Shown here: positions 9,722 to 18,201 of the stretch, in pieces
Layout: every line of letters starts with the position of its first letter
How positions within the stretch are numbered: position 1 is the stretch's first letter
Assembly (NCBI GenBank): GCA_903880005.1
Contig: CAIRNV010000316.1
Coordinates: 13,910 to 77,909, forward strand
Reading direction: 5' to 3'
Source of the DNA: an uncultured Verrucomicrobiota bacterium
GTDB lineage: Bacteria; Verrucomicrobiota; Verrucomicrobiia; Limisphaerales; UBA9464
Length of the DNA: 64,000 nucleotides
Position numbers and translations under genes: made by a program
Notes under the pieces: model-generated
What the model was told of the DNA's origin: nothing
The model's input: the letters and a program-made list of their open reading frames with translations, nothing else
Databases searched by the model: none

Positions 9722-11344
9722 TCAGGGCCGCGAACGACGCATCACCGAGTCCCGCTGGGACCAACCCGCGTCCGCGAGCGGGTGATCCAGGTTGTAGTGC
9801 AACCCGCGGCTCTCGGGCCTTTGCAACGCACACCCGACGATCAGCTCCGCCGTCGTCGCGATGTTGCGGAGCTCGACCAAGTCCGACGTGATCCGGAAGT
9901 TCCAGTAGTACTCGCGGATCTCCTCCTGGAGGTTGCCGAGGCGTTTCTCGGCCCGGCGCAGGCGCTTGTCCGTGCGCACGATCCCGACGTAGTCCCACAT
10001 CGTGCGACGGATCTCGTCCCAGTTGTGGCTCACCACGACCAGTTCGTCCGGATCCGTGGCGCTGCCAGGCTCCCAGGGAGGAATCGTGCAGCTGGAGTCA
10101 GCGGGCGGGTGGACGGCCAGATGGTCCGCTGCCCGATGGGCGCACACGAGCGCTTCCAAGAGGGAGTTGCTGGCCAGACGGTTGGCCCCGTGCAACCCCG
10201 TGCACGCCACCTCGCCAATCGCAAACAACCCGTCGATCTCCGTGCGCCCCTGCGCGTCCACCAGGACCCCGCCGCACTGGTAATGCGCGGCCGGCACCAC
10301 GGGCACCGGCTCCTTGGTCATGTCGATCCCATGCTCCATGCACCGCGCGTAGATGTTCGGGAAGTGATCCATCACGAACCGCGCCGGCTTGTGCGTGATG
10401 TCCAGGAACACGCAGTCCGCGCCCGTCCGCTTCATCTCGGAGTCGATCGCCCGCGCCACGATGTCCCGGGGCGCCAACTCCAGGCGCGGGTCGTACCGCT
10501 CCATGAACCGCATCCCGTCCGCTCCCCGTAGCACCGCCCCCTCGCCCCGCACGGCCTCGGAAATCAGGAACGACTTCGCCTTCGGATGAAACAGGCACGT
10601 GGGGTGGAACTGGATGAACTCCATGTTCGCAACGCCCGCACCGGCCCGGTACGCCATCGCCACGCCGTCGCCCGTCGCGATGTCCGGATTCGTCGTGTAC
10701 AGGTACACCTTCCCGCACCCGCCCGTGGCGAGGATCACCGCGCGTGCCGCGAACGCCGTCACCTGCTGGGAAGCCCGGTCCAGCACGTAGGCGCCCACGC
10801 AGCGAGGCGCGCCCGGCAACCCCAGCTTGGAGGTCGTCACCAGGTCCACCGCCACGTGGTTCTCCAGCACGCGAATGCGCTTCTCCGCCGCCACCGCCTT
10901 CAGCAACGCGCGCTCGATCTCCGCCCCCGTCGCGTCCTTGGCATGCAGCACCCGCCTTCGCGAGTGCCCCCCCTCCCGCGTCAAGTCCAGGGAAACCTCG
11001 CCCGGATGCAACGGGTCCGGATGCCCGTCGAACCGCGCCCCAATCTCGATCAACTCCCGGATGCGGGCGGGCCCCTCCGCCAAGATGGACCGCACCACCT
11101 CCTCGCGACACAGCCCCGCCCCGGCGTCCAGCGTGTCCTGGACGTGCAATTCCACCGTGTCGTCCTCCGCCCAAACCGACGCGATCCCGCCCTGCGCCCA
11201 GTTGGTGTTGGAGTCGGCGCGGTTCTTCTTGGTGACGATCGCGACCGTCCCAAACTCGGCGGCCCGAAGGGCGAAGCTGAGCCCGGCCATGCCCGTGCCG
11301 AGCACCAGGAAGTCAAAGGACTGCGTCGGCGTGCGATCGGGCAT
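9722..11344 (-). CDS. nadB: L-aspartate oxidase
   Basis: 540 aa. FAD fingerprint FDFLVLGTGMAGLSFA, plus SNTNWAQGGIASV, HPTCL, GLHGANRLASNSLLE and a C-terminal ESRGLHY block. Confidence 0.9.
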   Translation of the reverse strand: MPDRTPTQSFDFLVLGTGMAGLSFALRAAEFGTVAIVTKKNRADSNTNWAQGGIASVWAEDDTVELHVQDTLDAGAGLCREEVVRSILAEGPARIRELIEIGARFDGHPDPLHPGEVSLDLTREGGHSRRRVLHAKDATGAEIERALLKAVAAEKRIRVLENHVAVDLVTTSKLGLPGAPRCVGAYVLDRASQQVTAFAARAVILATGGCGKVYLYTTNPDIATGDGVAMAYRAGAGVANMEFIQFHPTCLFHPKAKSFLISEAVRGEGAVLRGADGMRFMERYDPRLELAPRDIVARAIDSEMKRTGADCVFLDITHKPARFVMDHFPNIYARCMEHGIDMTKEPVPVVPAAHYQCGGVLVDAQGRTEIDGLFAIGEVACTGLHGANRLASNSLLEALVCAHRAADHLAVHPPADSSCTIPPWEPGSATDPDELVVVSHNWDEIRRTMWDYVGIVRTDKRLRRAEKRLGNLQEEIREYYWNFRITSDLVELRNIATTAELIVGCALQRPESRGLHYNLDHPLADAGWSQRDSVMRRSRP

Positions 11345-11362
11345 GGTGTCTCCTCCGGGTTC

Positions 11363-11593
11363 CTAGTGCGAATGCGCCTTGCCCGTCCCGCACAGGCCGC
11401 ACGAGGACGGCGTGCCCGTGCATGCAGGACCCGCGCCCGCCCCGCCGGGCACCGACGCGGCAAACGTGGAGAACTCCTTCCGCAACCGCGTGGATCCGCA
11501 GTGCGGGCAAGCGGTCCCCTTCCACTCGGACGAACGCACCAGGATCTCGCTGTCGCGCTCGCATGCGTCGCAATGAAACTCGTAGATCGGCAT
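11363..11593 (-). CDS. FmdB-family zinc-ribbon protein
   Basis: 76 aa: MPIYEFHCDACE...CPHCGS (the CxxC...CxxC pattern of the FmdB/CxxC_CxxC_SSSS family) with a Gly/Cys-rich tail. Confidence 0.8.
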   Translation of the reverse strand: MPIYEFHCDACERDSEILVRSSEWKGTACPHCGSTRLRKEFSTFAASVPGGAGAGPACTGTPSSCGLCGTGKAHSH

Positions 11594-11679
11594 GGCTTCT
11601 CTCTATCGCAAGGCGTGCCCCGGTTCACGCCCCAAAGTGTTCCTTTCCTGACCGCCCCCTCCGGGGGTAGGTTCAACCC

Positions 11680-12183
11680 GTGATCGCGACTCTTTTCATT
11701 AGGCATGGCGGCCTCCGAGCAAGCTGGGCGTCGTTCGCACTGTGCACCCTGCTGGCCCTGGGCTGCACCAAGCACGAGGACCATGCCCAGGAATCCCCCG
11801 GCCACGCTCACCAACCCAAGAACGGCGGCCAGCTCGTCGAGGTTGGCCGCCACCAGTACAACATCGAGGTCCTCGTGGACGCCCCCAAGGGCAAGGTCAC
11901 CGCGTGGTTCCTCGACGCCCACGCCGAGGACTACGTCCGCATCCCCGCACCCTCCCTCCGCATGACCGCCGACGTCGGCAACGAGTCCAAGGAGGTCGTC
12001 CTGGCCGCCGTCGCCAATCCCGCCTCCGGCGAGAAGGTCGGCGATACCTCCCAGTTCGAGGGCGCGGCCGACTGGCTCAAGAACCTCCCCTCCTTCAGCG
12101 GCGCCTTCCAGGACGTGTCCATCCGGGGCACCGCCTTCGGCAACGTCACCTTTCGACACGGCGCGCCTTCCCACGCCAAGTAG
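11680..12183 (+). CDS. His-rich lipoprotein, unknown function (possible metal-binding)
   Basis: 167 aa from a GTG start. Lipobox LLALGC followed by HEDHAQESPGHAH, then a beta-rich body (NGGQLVEVGRHQYNIEVLVDAPKGKVTAWFLDAH). Confidence 0.55.
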   Translation: MIATLFIRHGGLRASWASFALCTLLALGCTKHEDHAQESPGHAHQPKNGGQLVEVGRHQYNIEVLVDAPKGKVTAWFLDAHAEDYVRIPAPSLRMTADVGNESKEVVLAAVANPASGEKVGDTSQFEGAADWLKNLPSFSGAFQDVSIRGTAFGNVTFRHGAPSHAK

Positions 12184-12222
12184 CCCGTCCCACCCAACGC
12201 GATTCCACCCAAGATTTCCGCC

Positions 12223-12864
12223 ATGAACCACCGAAGGACCACCCACTGGATGCGCGCCGCCTTGGCCTTGGCCGGGGCCGCCATCGTGGCTTCCGCGATC
12301 GTCGCCGAGGAAGCCAAGCCGCCCGGCGGCGTCCGTGGCCAACCCATCCAGCCTGCCAAGGCCAAGGGCCAGCCCATTCAACGCATCGCCACCAACGCGG
12401 TCGCGGCCAGTCCCGCCGCCGCCCCGTCCACGAATACGCCGGCCAAGCCCGGAGGCCCCATGGCCCTCGGCTTCGACAAGCTCGCCGGGTTTAACTACGT
12501 CGTCCCCGAATACACCGGCACCACGCCGCCCCCCGCCCCGGACACCAACCAAATCCCCGCCACCGTGCGCGCCTTGGACGGCAAGACGGTCTCGGTGAAG
12601 GGCTTCATGCTCCCCTTGAAGGTCAAGGACGGGAAGGTCCAGGAGCTCCTGCTCATGCGAGACCAGTCCATGTGCTGCTTCGGCGCCGTGCCCAAGATCA
12701 ACGAGTTCCTCACCGTGAAGATGACCGGCGACGGAACCCGCGCCGTCATGGACCAAGCCGTCACGCTGGTGGGCAAGCTCAAGGTCGGCGAGTTCTCCGA
12801 GAACGGCTACCTCCTCGGCATCTACCAACTTGATGCCGACCGCGCCGAAGGTCCCGGGCTCTGA
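12223..12864 (+). CDS. DUF3299-like secreted protein
   Basis: 213 aa with a signal peptide (WMRAALALAGAAIVASA). LDGKTVSVKGFMLPLKVKDGKVQELLLMRDQSMCCFGAVPKINEF parallels the DUF3299 core as I remember it. Confidence 0.6.
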   Translation: MNHRRTTHWMRAALALAGAAIVASAIVAEEAKPPGGVRGQPIQPAKAKGQPIQRIATNAVAASPAAAPSTNTPAKPGGPMALGFDKLAGFNYVVPEYTGTTPPPAPDTNQIPATVRALDGKTVSVKGFMLPLKVKDGKVQELLLMRDQSMCCFGAVPKINEFLTVKMTGDGTRAVMDQAVTLVGKLKVGEFSENGYLLGIYQLDADRAEGPGL

Positions 12865-12918
12865 TTCCTCCAGGCTCCCGTCCGTGACATCGGCGGGGCA
12901 TCCGGGGATAATCTTGGC

Positions 12919-13836
12919 GTGAACGGTTTGCCGATCACCGAGTTAACGGACGCGCTCCTGGTGAGCTACCGCCAGCATGGCGGCATCAACCACGTCGATG
13001 GAGCCAACCTCCCCTCGCGGGGCGCCGTCGTGGACATCACCCTCGCCCTGTTGCGCCTCTTGTTCCCCGGCTTCTTCGACGACGCCGTGGTCCACGCCTC
13101 CGAGTTGAAAGCCGACACCGTCCTGCGCATGGACTCCGTGGCGGGAAGGCTCGAAGACGAAGTGTGCAAGAGCCTCGGCTGCTTCGACGCCGGCCGCTCC
13201 ACGGCCGAGGATCGTTCACGCGCCCGCGCCCTCGTGGGCGAGTTCTTGCGCCGGCTGCCGTCCATCCGGGCCCTCCTCCAGACCGACGTCGAGGCCGCCT
13301 TCCAAGGCGACCCCGCCGCCCGCAGCCGCGAGGAAATCATCACCTCCTACCCCTTCATCGAAGCCATCGCCGTCCAAAGGCTCGCCCACGAATTGCATCG
13401 CCAAGGCGTCCCCCTCCTCCCGCGCATGATGACCGAATGGGCCCACGGACGCACCGGCATCGACATCCACCCCGGCGCACGCATCGGGTCCCACTTCTTC
13501 ATCGACCACGGCACCGGGACCGTCATCGGAGAAACCTGCGTCCTCGGCAACCACGTGAAGGTCTTCCACGGCGTCACCCTCGGGGCCACCAGCACCTCCG
13601 GCGGCCAGGCCCTGCGCGGCCGCAAGCGCCACCCCACCATCGAGGACCACGTCACCATCTACTCCGGGGCCGTCATCCTCGGGGGCGAGACCGTCATCGG
13701 CCGAAACTCCACCGTCGGCGGCAACGTCTTCCTCCTCCACAGCGTGCCCCCGGACTCCACCGTCGTCATGGAGGAGAATCGGGTGCGGGTCCTGCCCAAG
13801 CGCGGTCGGGCATCCGACCTGGACTACCAGATCTAG
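12919..13836 (+). CDS. cysE: Serine O-acetyltransferase (long N-terminal form)
   Basis: 305 aa from a GTG start. Left-handed hexapeptide region GIDIHPGARIGSHFFIDHGTGTVIGETCVLGNHVKVFHGVTLGA...RHPTIEDHVTIYSGAVILGG. Confidence 0.8.
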   Translation: MNGLPITELTDALLVSYRQHGGINHVDGANLPSRGAVVDITLALLRLLFPGFFDDAVVHASELKADTVLRMDSVAGRLEDEVCKSLGCFDAGRSTAEDRSRARALVGEFLRRLPSIRALLQTDVEAAFQGDPAARSREEIITSYPFIEAIAVQRLAHELHRQGVPLLPRMMTEWAHGRTGIDIHPGARIGSHFFIDHGTGTVIGETCVLGNHVKVFHGVTLGATSTSGGQALRGRKRHPTIEDHVTIYSGAVILGGETVIGRNSTVGGNVFLLHSVPPDSTVVMEENRVRVLPKRGRASDLDYQI

Positions 13837-13849
13837 GATCGAGGCGACC

Positions 13850-14332
13850 ATGAACTCGTGGAACATCCGACGCGGCACGCCCGCCGACGGCGATGCCGTG
13901 GTCGCGTTCAACCTCGCCTTGGCCTGGGAAACCGAACAGCGAACCCTCGACCCCCAACGCCTCGCGGCGGGCGTCGCCGCAGTCCTCTCGGACCCGCACA
14001 AGGGCACCTACTGGCTCGCCGAGGCCTCCGGCACGGTCGTGGGCCAGCTCATGATCACCCTCGAATGGAGCGACTGGCGCCATGGCTGGTTCTGGTGGCT
14101 CCAGAGCGTCTATGTGGCCCCCGAATGGCGGGGCCGGGGCGTCTTCAGGTCGCTCGCCTCCGCCGTCGAGGCGGCGGCGCGCTCGCAGGACGACGTCTGC
14201 GGCCTCCGCCTTTACATGGAGCCCCACAACGACCGTGCCCGCGCCGCCTATTCCAAGCTGGGTTGGTTGCCGGCCGGCTATGAGCTGCTCGAGATCGACT
14301 TCACCCGCCCCCCGTCCCGCACCGCCCCGTGA
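13850..14332 (+). CDS. GNAT family N-acetyltransferase
   Basis: 160 aa. Acetyl-CoA binding block LQSVYVAPEWRGRGVFRSL and a typical GNAT length. Confidence 0.7.
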   Translation: MNSWNIRRGTPADGDAVVAFNLALAWETEQRTLDPQRLAAGVAAVLSDPHKGTYWLAEASGTVVGQLMITLEWSDWRHGWFWWLQSVYVAPEWRGRGVFRSLASAVEAAARSQDDVCGLRLYMEPHNDRARAAYSKLGWLPAGYELLEIDFTRPPSRTAP

Positions 14333-14341
14333 CGCCGCCCC

Positions 14342-15166
14342 TCACGTCTCGCGCCATCCCAGCAGGCTGACCCCTTCCCTCCGCGCGGCCGCCTCCGCCT
14401 CCGCGCGGTCCAGCAACACCGTCAGTCCCGCCTCGAAGGCCAGCACCCGGATCCCAGCGCGCCCGCACGTCTCCACCGTTCTCGGCCCAACGCACGGCAG
14501 GTCGAAGCGCACGTCGTGACCCCGCTTCGCCAACTTCACCGCCACCGCGCCCTTTGACTTTCCGGCCAACCCGCCGCCGCGCTCCAGGCATGCGTCCGTG
14601 CCCTCAAACCCCTCCACCGCCAAGACCGTCCCCTCCTTCACCACCACCGACTGCCCGATCTCCAACCGCGCCACCTCGCGGGCAATCCGGAATCCAAACG
14701 CCACGTCCTCCATGTCCGCCCCGGACGGCGTCGGCCCCGCCACCCAACCCGCGCCTGGCATCCAAGGGCCCAGGTACGTCAACGGATCCACCAACCGGAT
14801 GCCGTCCTTGCCCAGTTCATCGGCCACCGCCCCAAACAACGAATGGGCGTTCCGCTCCCTCACCCCCATCAGCAAACGCATGCCCCGAAGGTCCGGACGG
14901 ATGTTGAACAGGTTGGACGGGGCCAGTTGCCCCAGCATCACGCACTCGCGCACGCCCGCCTCGCGCAGCACGTCAATCATGCGGCCCAATTGACCCACCT
15001 TCACCCACCCCATGCGATCCACCTCCGACGCCAAGGCCGGGTCCGTCTCGCCATCGAAGCCCACCGCCGCAACCCGGCGTCCCTGACGCCGCGCCTCGGC
15101 GGCGAACACAAACGGCAGGCGCTTGCTGCCCGCGATCAATCCAAGGGGAGCCTCCTGTGCGTCCAT
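14342..15166 (-). CDS. lpxI: UDP-2,3-diacylglucosamine diphosphatase LpxI (DUF1009)
   Basis: 274 aa from ATG 15166 (MDAQEAPLGLIAGSKRLPFVFAAEARRQG). C-terminal DVRFDLPCVGPRTVETCGRAGIRVLAFEAG matches the LpxI pattern. The track start at 15235 adds 23 codons. Confidence 0.7.
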   Translation of the reverse strand: MDAQEAPLGLIAGSKRLPFVFAAEARRQGRRVAAVGFDGETDPALASEVDRMGWVKVGQLGRMIDVLREAGVRECVMLGQLAPSNLFNIRPDLRGMRLLMGVRERNAHSLFGAVADELGKDGIRLVDPLTYLGPWMPGAGWVAGPTPSGADMEDVAFGFRIAREVARLEIGQSVVVKEGTVLAVEGFEGTDACLERGGGLAGKSKGAVAVKLAKRGHDVRFDLPCVGPRTVETCGRAGIRVLAFEAGLTVLLDRAEAEAAARREGVSLLGWRET

Positions 15167-15256
15167 CGGCGCCAGACTGCGGCCCGCCCCGTCTCCTGAC
15201 AATGGGCTTGCCACGCGCCCAACCCGCAGGCGCATCCTTCACCCCTCACATCCCGC

Positions 15257-16333
15257 ATGAAAACGAGATCGTTCACGGCCATCGCCTGCCTGGCCGCCCT
15301 CCTCCCCCTGCTGCCGTCCGCATCGCTGGACGCCGCCGACTCGGCACGCACCCAGAACGCGCAGGGCAAGCCCGCCTCCTCCCCTGCCCATCCCATCCAT
15401 GGCTCCGTGGAGCGTCTCGACCCCGCCCTCGACGCCCTCATTGCCCCGGGCGTGCAGATGGAACGTCTGGCCTCCGGCTTCAATTGGTCCGAGGGCCCCA
15501 CCTGGCTTCATCGCGAGAAGGCCGTCGTCTTCTCGGATGTCCCCGAGAACGTCATCTACCGCTGGTCCGACCGGGACGGCTTGTCGGTGTACCTCAAGCC
15601 CAGCGGCTACACGGGGCAGGCGCTGGAGTTCAACGAGCAAGGATCAAACGGTCTCACGACTGACGCGGCCGGGCGGCTGATCATCTGCCAGCACGGCGAC
15701 CGCCGGATTTCCCGCCTGGAGCGCAACGGGACCTTCGCTCCGCTGGCGTCGCACTTCGACGGACGCCGCTTCAACTCGCCCAATGACCTCGTGTGGGATC
15801 GGCGGGGCAACTTGTACTTCACCGACCCTCCCTACGGCCTCAAGGGAGCCAACGACAGCGACTCCAAGGAACTCGCCTTCAACGGCGTGTACCTGCGTCG
15901 GTCCAACGGCGCCGTGCAGTTGCTCACGAGCACCATGACCTTCCCCAATGGCATCGCCCTCTCCCCGGACGAGCGCACCCTGTACGTCAACCAATCCGAT
16001 CCCAAGGCCCCCATCATCCGGGCATTCCCCGTCCTCCAGGACGGCACACTGGGCGAGGGACACGTCTTCTTCGACACCACGCGCCTGCTCGAGAAGGGCG
16101 GCAAGGGGCTGCCCGACGGCCTCAAGGTGGACGTCCACGGAAACGTGTTTGCCACCGGTCCGGGCGGCGTGCTGGTCCTGTCGCCCGAGGGTCGCCTCCT
16201 CGGCCTGCTGAACACCGGCGAGGCCACCGGCAACTGCTGCTGGGGCGACGACGGCTCCACCCTGTACATCACCGCCGACATGCACCTCGTGCGCATTCGC
16301 ACCCGCACGATGGGCTACGGCTTCCGCCGCTAG
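15257..16333 (+). CDS. SMP-30/gluconolactonase/LRE family protein, secreted
   Basis: 358 aa with a signal peptide. EGPTWLHREKAVVFSDVPENVIYRW, NSPNDLVWDRRGNLYFTDP and PNGIALSPDERTLYV are typical six-bladed propeller blocks. Confidence 0.8.
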   Translation: MKTRSFTAIACLAALLPLLPSASLDAADSARTQNAQGKPASSPAHPIHGSVERLDPALDALIAPGVQMERLASGFNWSEGPTWLHREKAVVFSDVPENVIYRWSDRDGLSVYLKPSGYTGQALEFNEQGSNGLTTDAAGRLIICQHGDRRISRLERNGTFAPLASHFDGRRFNSPNDLVWDRRGNLYFTDPPYGLKGANDSDSKELAFNGVYLRRSNGAVQLLTSTMTFPNGIALSPDERTLYVNQSDPKAPIIRAFPVLQDGTLGEGHVFFDTTRLLEKGGKGLPDGLKVDVHGNVFATGPGGVLVLSPEGRLLGLLNTGEATGNCCWGDDGSTLYITADMHLVRIRTRTMGYGFRR

Positions 16334-16347
16334 CCGCGCTTCGCCCA

Positions 16348-16494
16348 GCCGGAACGATGCCGTGGTGAGGGCAGTGATGGCGCCGCAGGTTCTTTCGCAA
16401 GACGAGAAGTGAGCGAGGCGCGGGCCAGTACCAGGCCCGTCACGAGCGAAGCGCGAAGCTCCTGCGAAAGAAGATCCATCGGGCTTGGCCCGGC
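16348..16494 (+). repeat. Palindromic intergenic element family A, copy A2
   Basis: gccggaacgatgccgtggtgagggcagtgatgg...gagcgaggcgcgggcc agtacc aggcccgtcacgagcgaa...ctgcgaaagaagatcc...cccggc. Fills the spacer between the SMP-30 and dacB genes. Confidence 0.7.
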
Positions 16495-16510
16495 ATCTCA
16501 TTCACTTCCC

Positions 16511-18064
16511 ATGCCCATCGATATTCCGCGACGCGTGCTCACATGCCTGGCCTGGGCGTTCCTTTGTGTCATCGGGCTGGCCCAGGGCCCGGCCGACGCC
16601 CTCGCCGGCCTTCGGGCCGAGATCAACGCCTTGATGGACGGCGGCGCGGCGCCCGGGGCCACGTGGGCGTGCCAAGTGGTGTCGGCTGAGACAGGGGCCA
16701 CCTGGTTCGAGCGAGATCCCGGTCGCCTGATGGTTCCGGCATCCAACACCAAGCTGTTCACCGTCGCCATGGCGCTCGACCGGTTTGGCGCGGAAGGGAC
16801 GTTGGGCACCGAATGGCGGTGGAAGGACGCCGCGGATGCGGCCGGCACCTTGCCCGGCGACGCATGGGTGGTCGCCGGGGGCGATCCCGCCCCAGGAGGC
16901 GGCCTTGCGGAACCCCGCGCGCTTGCCGGATTGTTGGAAGCCCTCGGCAAGGCAGGCATCCGGAGGATTCAGGGGCGCATCGTCCTCGTGGACGATTTAT
17001 TCGACGCCCCGCCCTTCGGCCCGGGTTGGAACTGGGACGACCTGCCGGAGGCCTACGGAGCCCCGGTCACTGGTTTCCAGTGGGCGGACAATGCCGTCAC
17101 CTTGGTCGTTGAGCCCGGCTCCCGGCCCGGGGCGGACGCCATCGTTCGGATGCTGCCCATCCCCGGTGCCTTCGAGGTGGATGCCCACGTTCGCACGGCC
17201 CCCTCCAATGGAGCCGCCCGCGTCATGGTCCGCCGAATGGCCGGGGCCGACCGCGTCCGGTTCCGGGTCACGGGCGAGGTTCGGCTGGGGCATTCCCACG
17301 TCGAGAGAATGGCCGTGCCCGACGCCGCCGGATGGTTCGCCATGGGATTGAAGGCGGCGTTGAAGGAACGGGGCATCGACCACGGCGGGGTCGTGGTCGC
17401 GGATCGACCGTTGCAGGAGGTTTCGTCCGTTCCGACGCGGGCCCGCGTGGCGTCCGTGCCCATGGGGGAGATCGCCGCCCTGTGCCTCAAGCCATCGAAC
17501 AACCGCATCGCCCAGGCGCTGTGGCTCCATGTCGGGGCCGATGCACGACGTCATCCGCGCCCGGGAGAGGCTCCGCCGTCCCAGGCGGCTGCGATGGGTT
17601 CTTCGGCGACCGACGCCGATGACAACGACCGTGCAGCGGTCGCCCTGTCGCGCTTCATGGAGAAGATGGGCGTGCCCCGGGGCGAGGTGTTCCTGGAGGA
17701 AGGCTCGGGGTTGTCCCGCAAGAACCTGGTGACGCCGCGGGCGACCGTGCGCTTGCTGCGAGGGATGGATGCGGGCCCCGCGGCCATGCCGTGGCGGGCG
17801 GCGTTGCCGGTGGGCGGCGTGGACGGGACGTTGAAGTCGCGATTCACCGATCCTGCGATCAAGGGCCGGGTCGTGGCCAAGACGGGCACGTTGCGGCACG
17901 TCCACTCCCTGGCCGGGTACATCACGACGGCAGCGGGCCAGCGGTTGGCCTTTGCCCTGTTCGTCAATGGCCACGCCTCCGCCTCCGCCGACGCCTCCGG
18001 GCGCGCCGAGGTCGAGCGCATCGCCGCGCGACTGGCCGCCTTCCAAGGGCGCGGCCCGCAATAG
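16511..18064 (+). CDS. dacB: D-alanyl-D-alanine carboxypeptidase/endopeptidase (PBP4, peptidase S13)
   Basis: 517 aa from ATG 16511 (signal peptide MPIDIPRRVLTCLAWAFLCVIGLAQG). SxxK motif PASNTKLFT, then SNN (KPSNNRIAQ) and KTG (AKTGTL). The track start at 16409 lies inside repeat A2. Confidence 0.85.
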   Translation: MPIDIPRRVLTCLAWAFLCVIGLAQGPADALAGLRAEINALMDGGAAPGATWACQVVSAETGATWFERDPGRLMVPASNTKLFTVAMALDRFGAEGTLGTEWRWKDAADAAGTLPGDAWVVAGGDPAPGGGLAEPRALAGLLEALGKAGIRRIQGRIVLVDDLFDAPPFGPGWNWDDLPEAYGAPVTGFQWADNAVTLVVEPGSRPGADAIVRMLPIPGAFEVDAHVRTAPSNGAARVMVRRMAGADRVRFRVTGEVRLGHSHVERMAVPDAAGWFAMGLKAALKERGIDHGGVVVADRPLQEVSSVPTRARVASVPMGEIAALCLKPSNNRIAQALWLHVGADARRHPRPGEAPPSQAAAMGSSATDADDNDRAAVALSRFMEKMGVPRGEVFLEEGSGLSRKNLVTPRATVRLLRGMDAGPAAMPWRAALPVGGVDGTLKSRFTDPAIKGRVVAKTGTLRHVHSLAGYITTAAGQRLAFALFVNGHASASADASGRAEVERIAARLAAFQGRGPQ

Positions 18065-18201
18065 GGCGAAGGGACTGTGGCAGCGGCGTCGCGCTGCGGG
18101 TCGTCACCGGGCCAGAGCCGAGACGGCCCTGCCACGGGTGCGCGTCTTCGAGCGACCGCCTCTTGCCGCCCTGCAACCCGGTGCCGCGGCGGCTTCCGGA
18201 T

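Noticed and set aside
16409-16510. N-terminal extension of dacB from GTG 16409
   Set aside because: The extension is a translation of repeat copy A2 (SEARASTRPVTSEARSS…). A proper signal peptide begins at ATG 16511.
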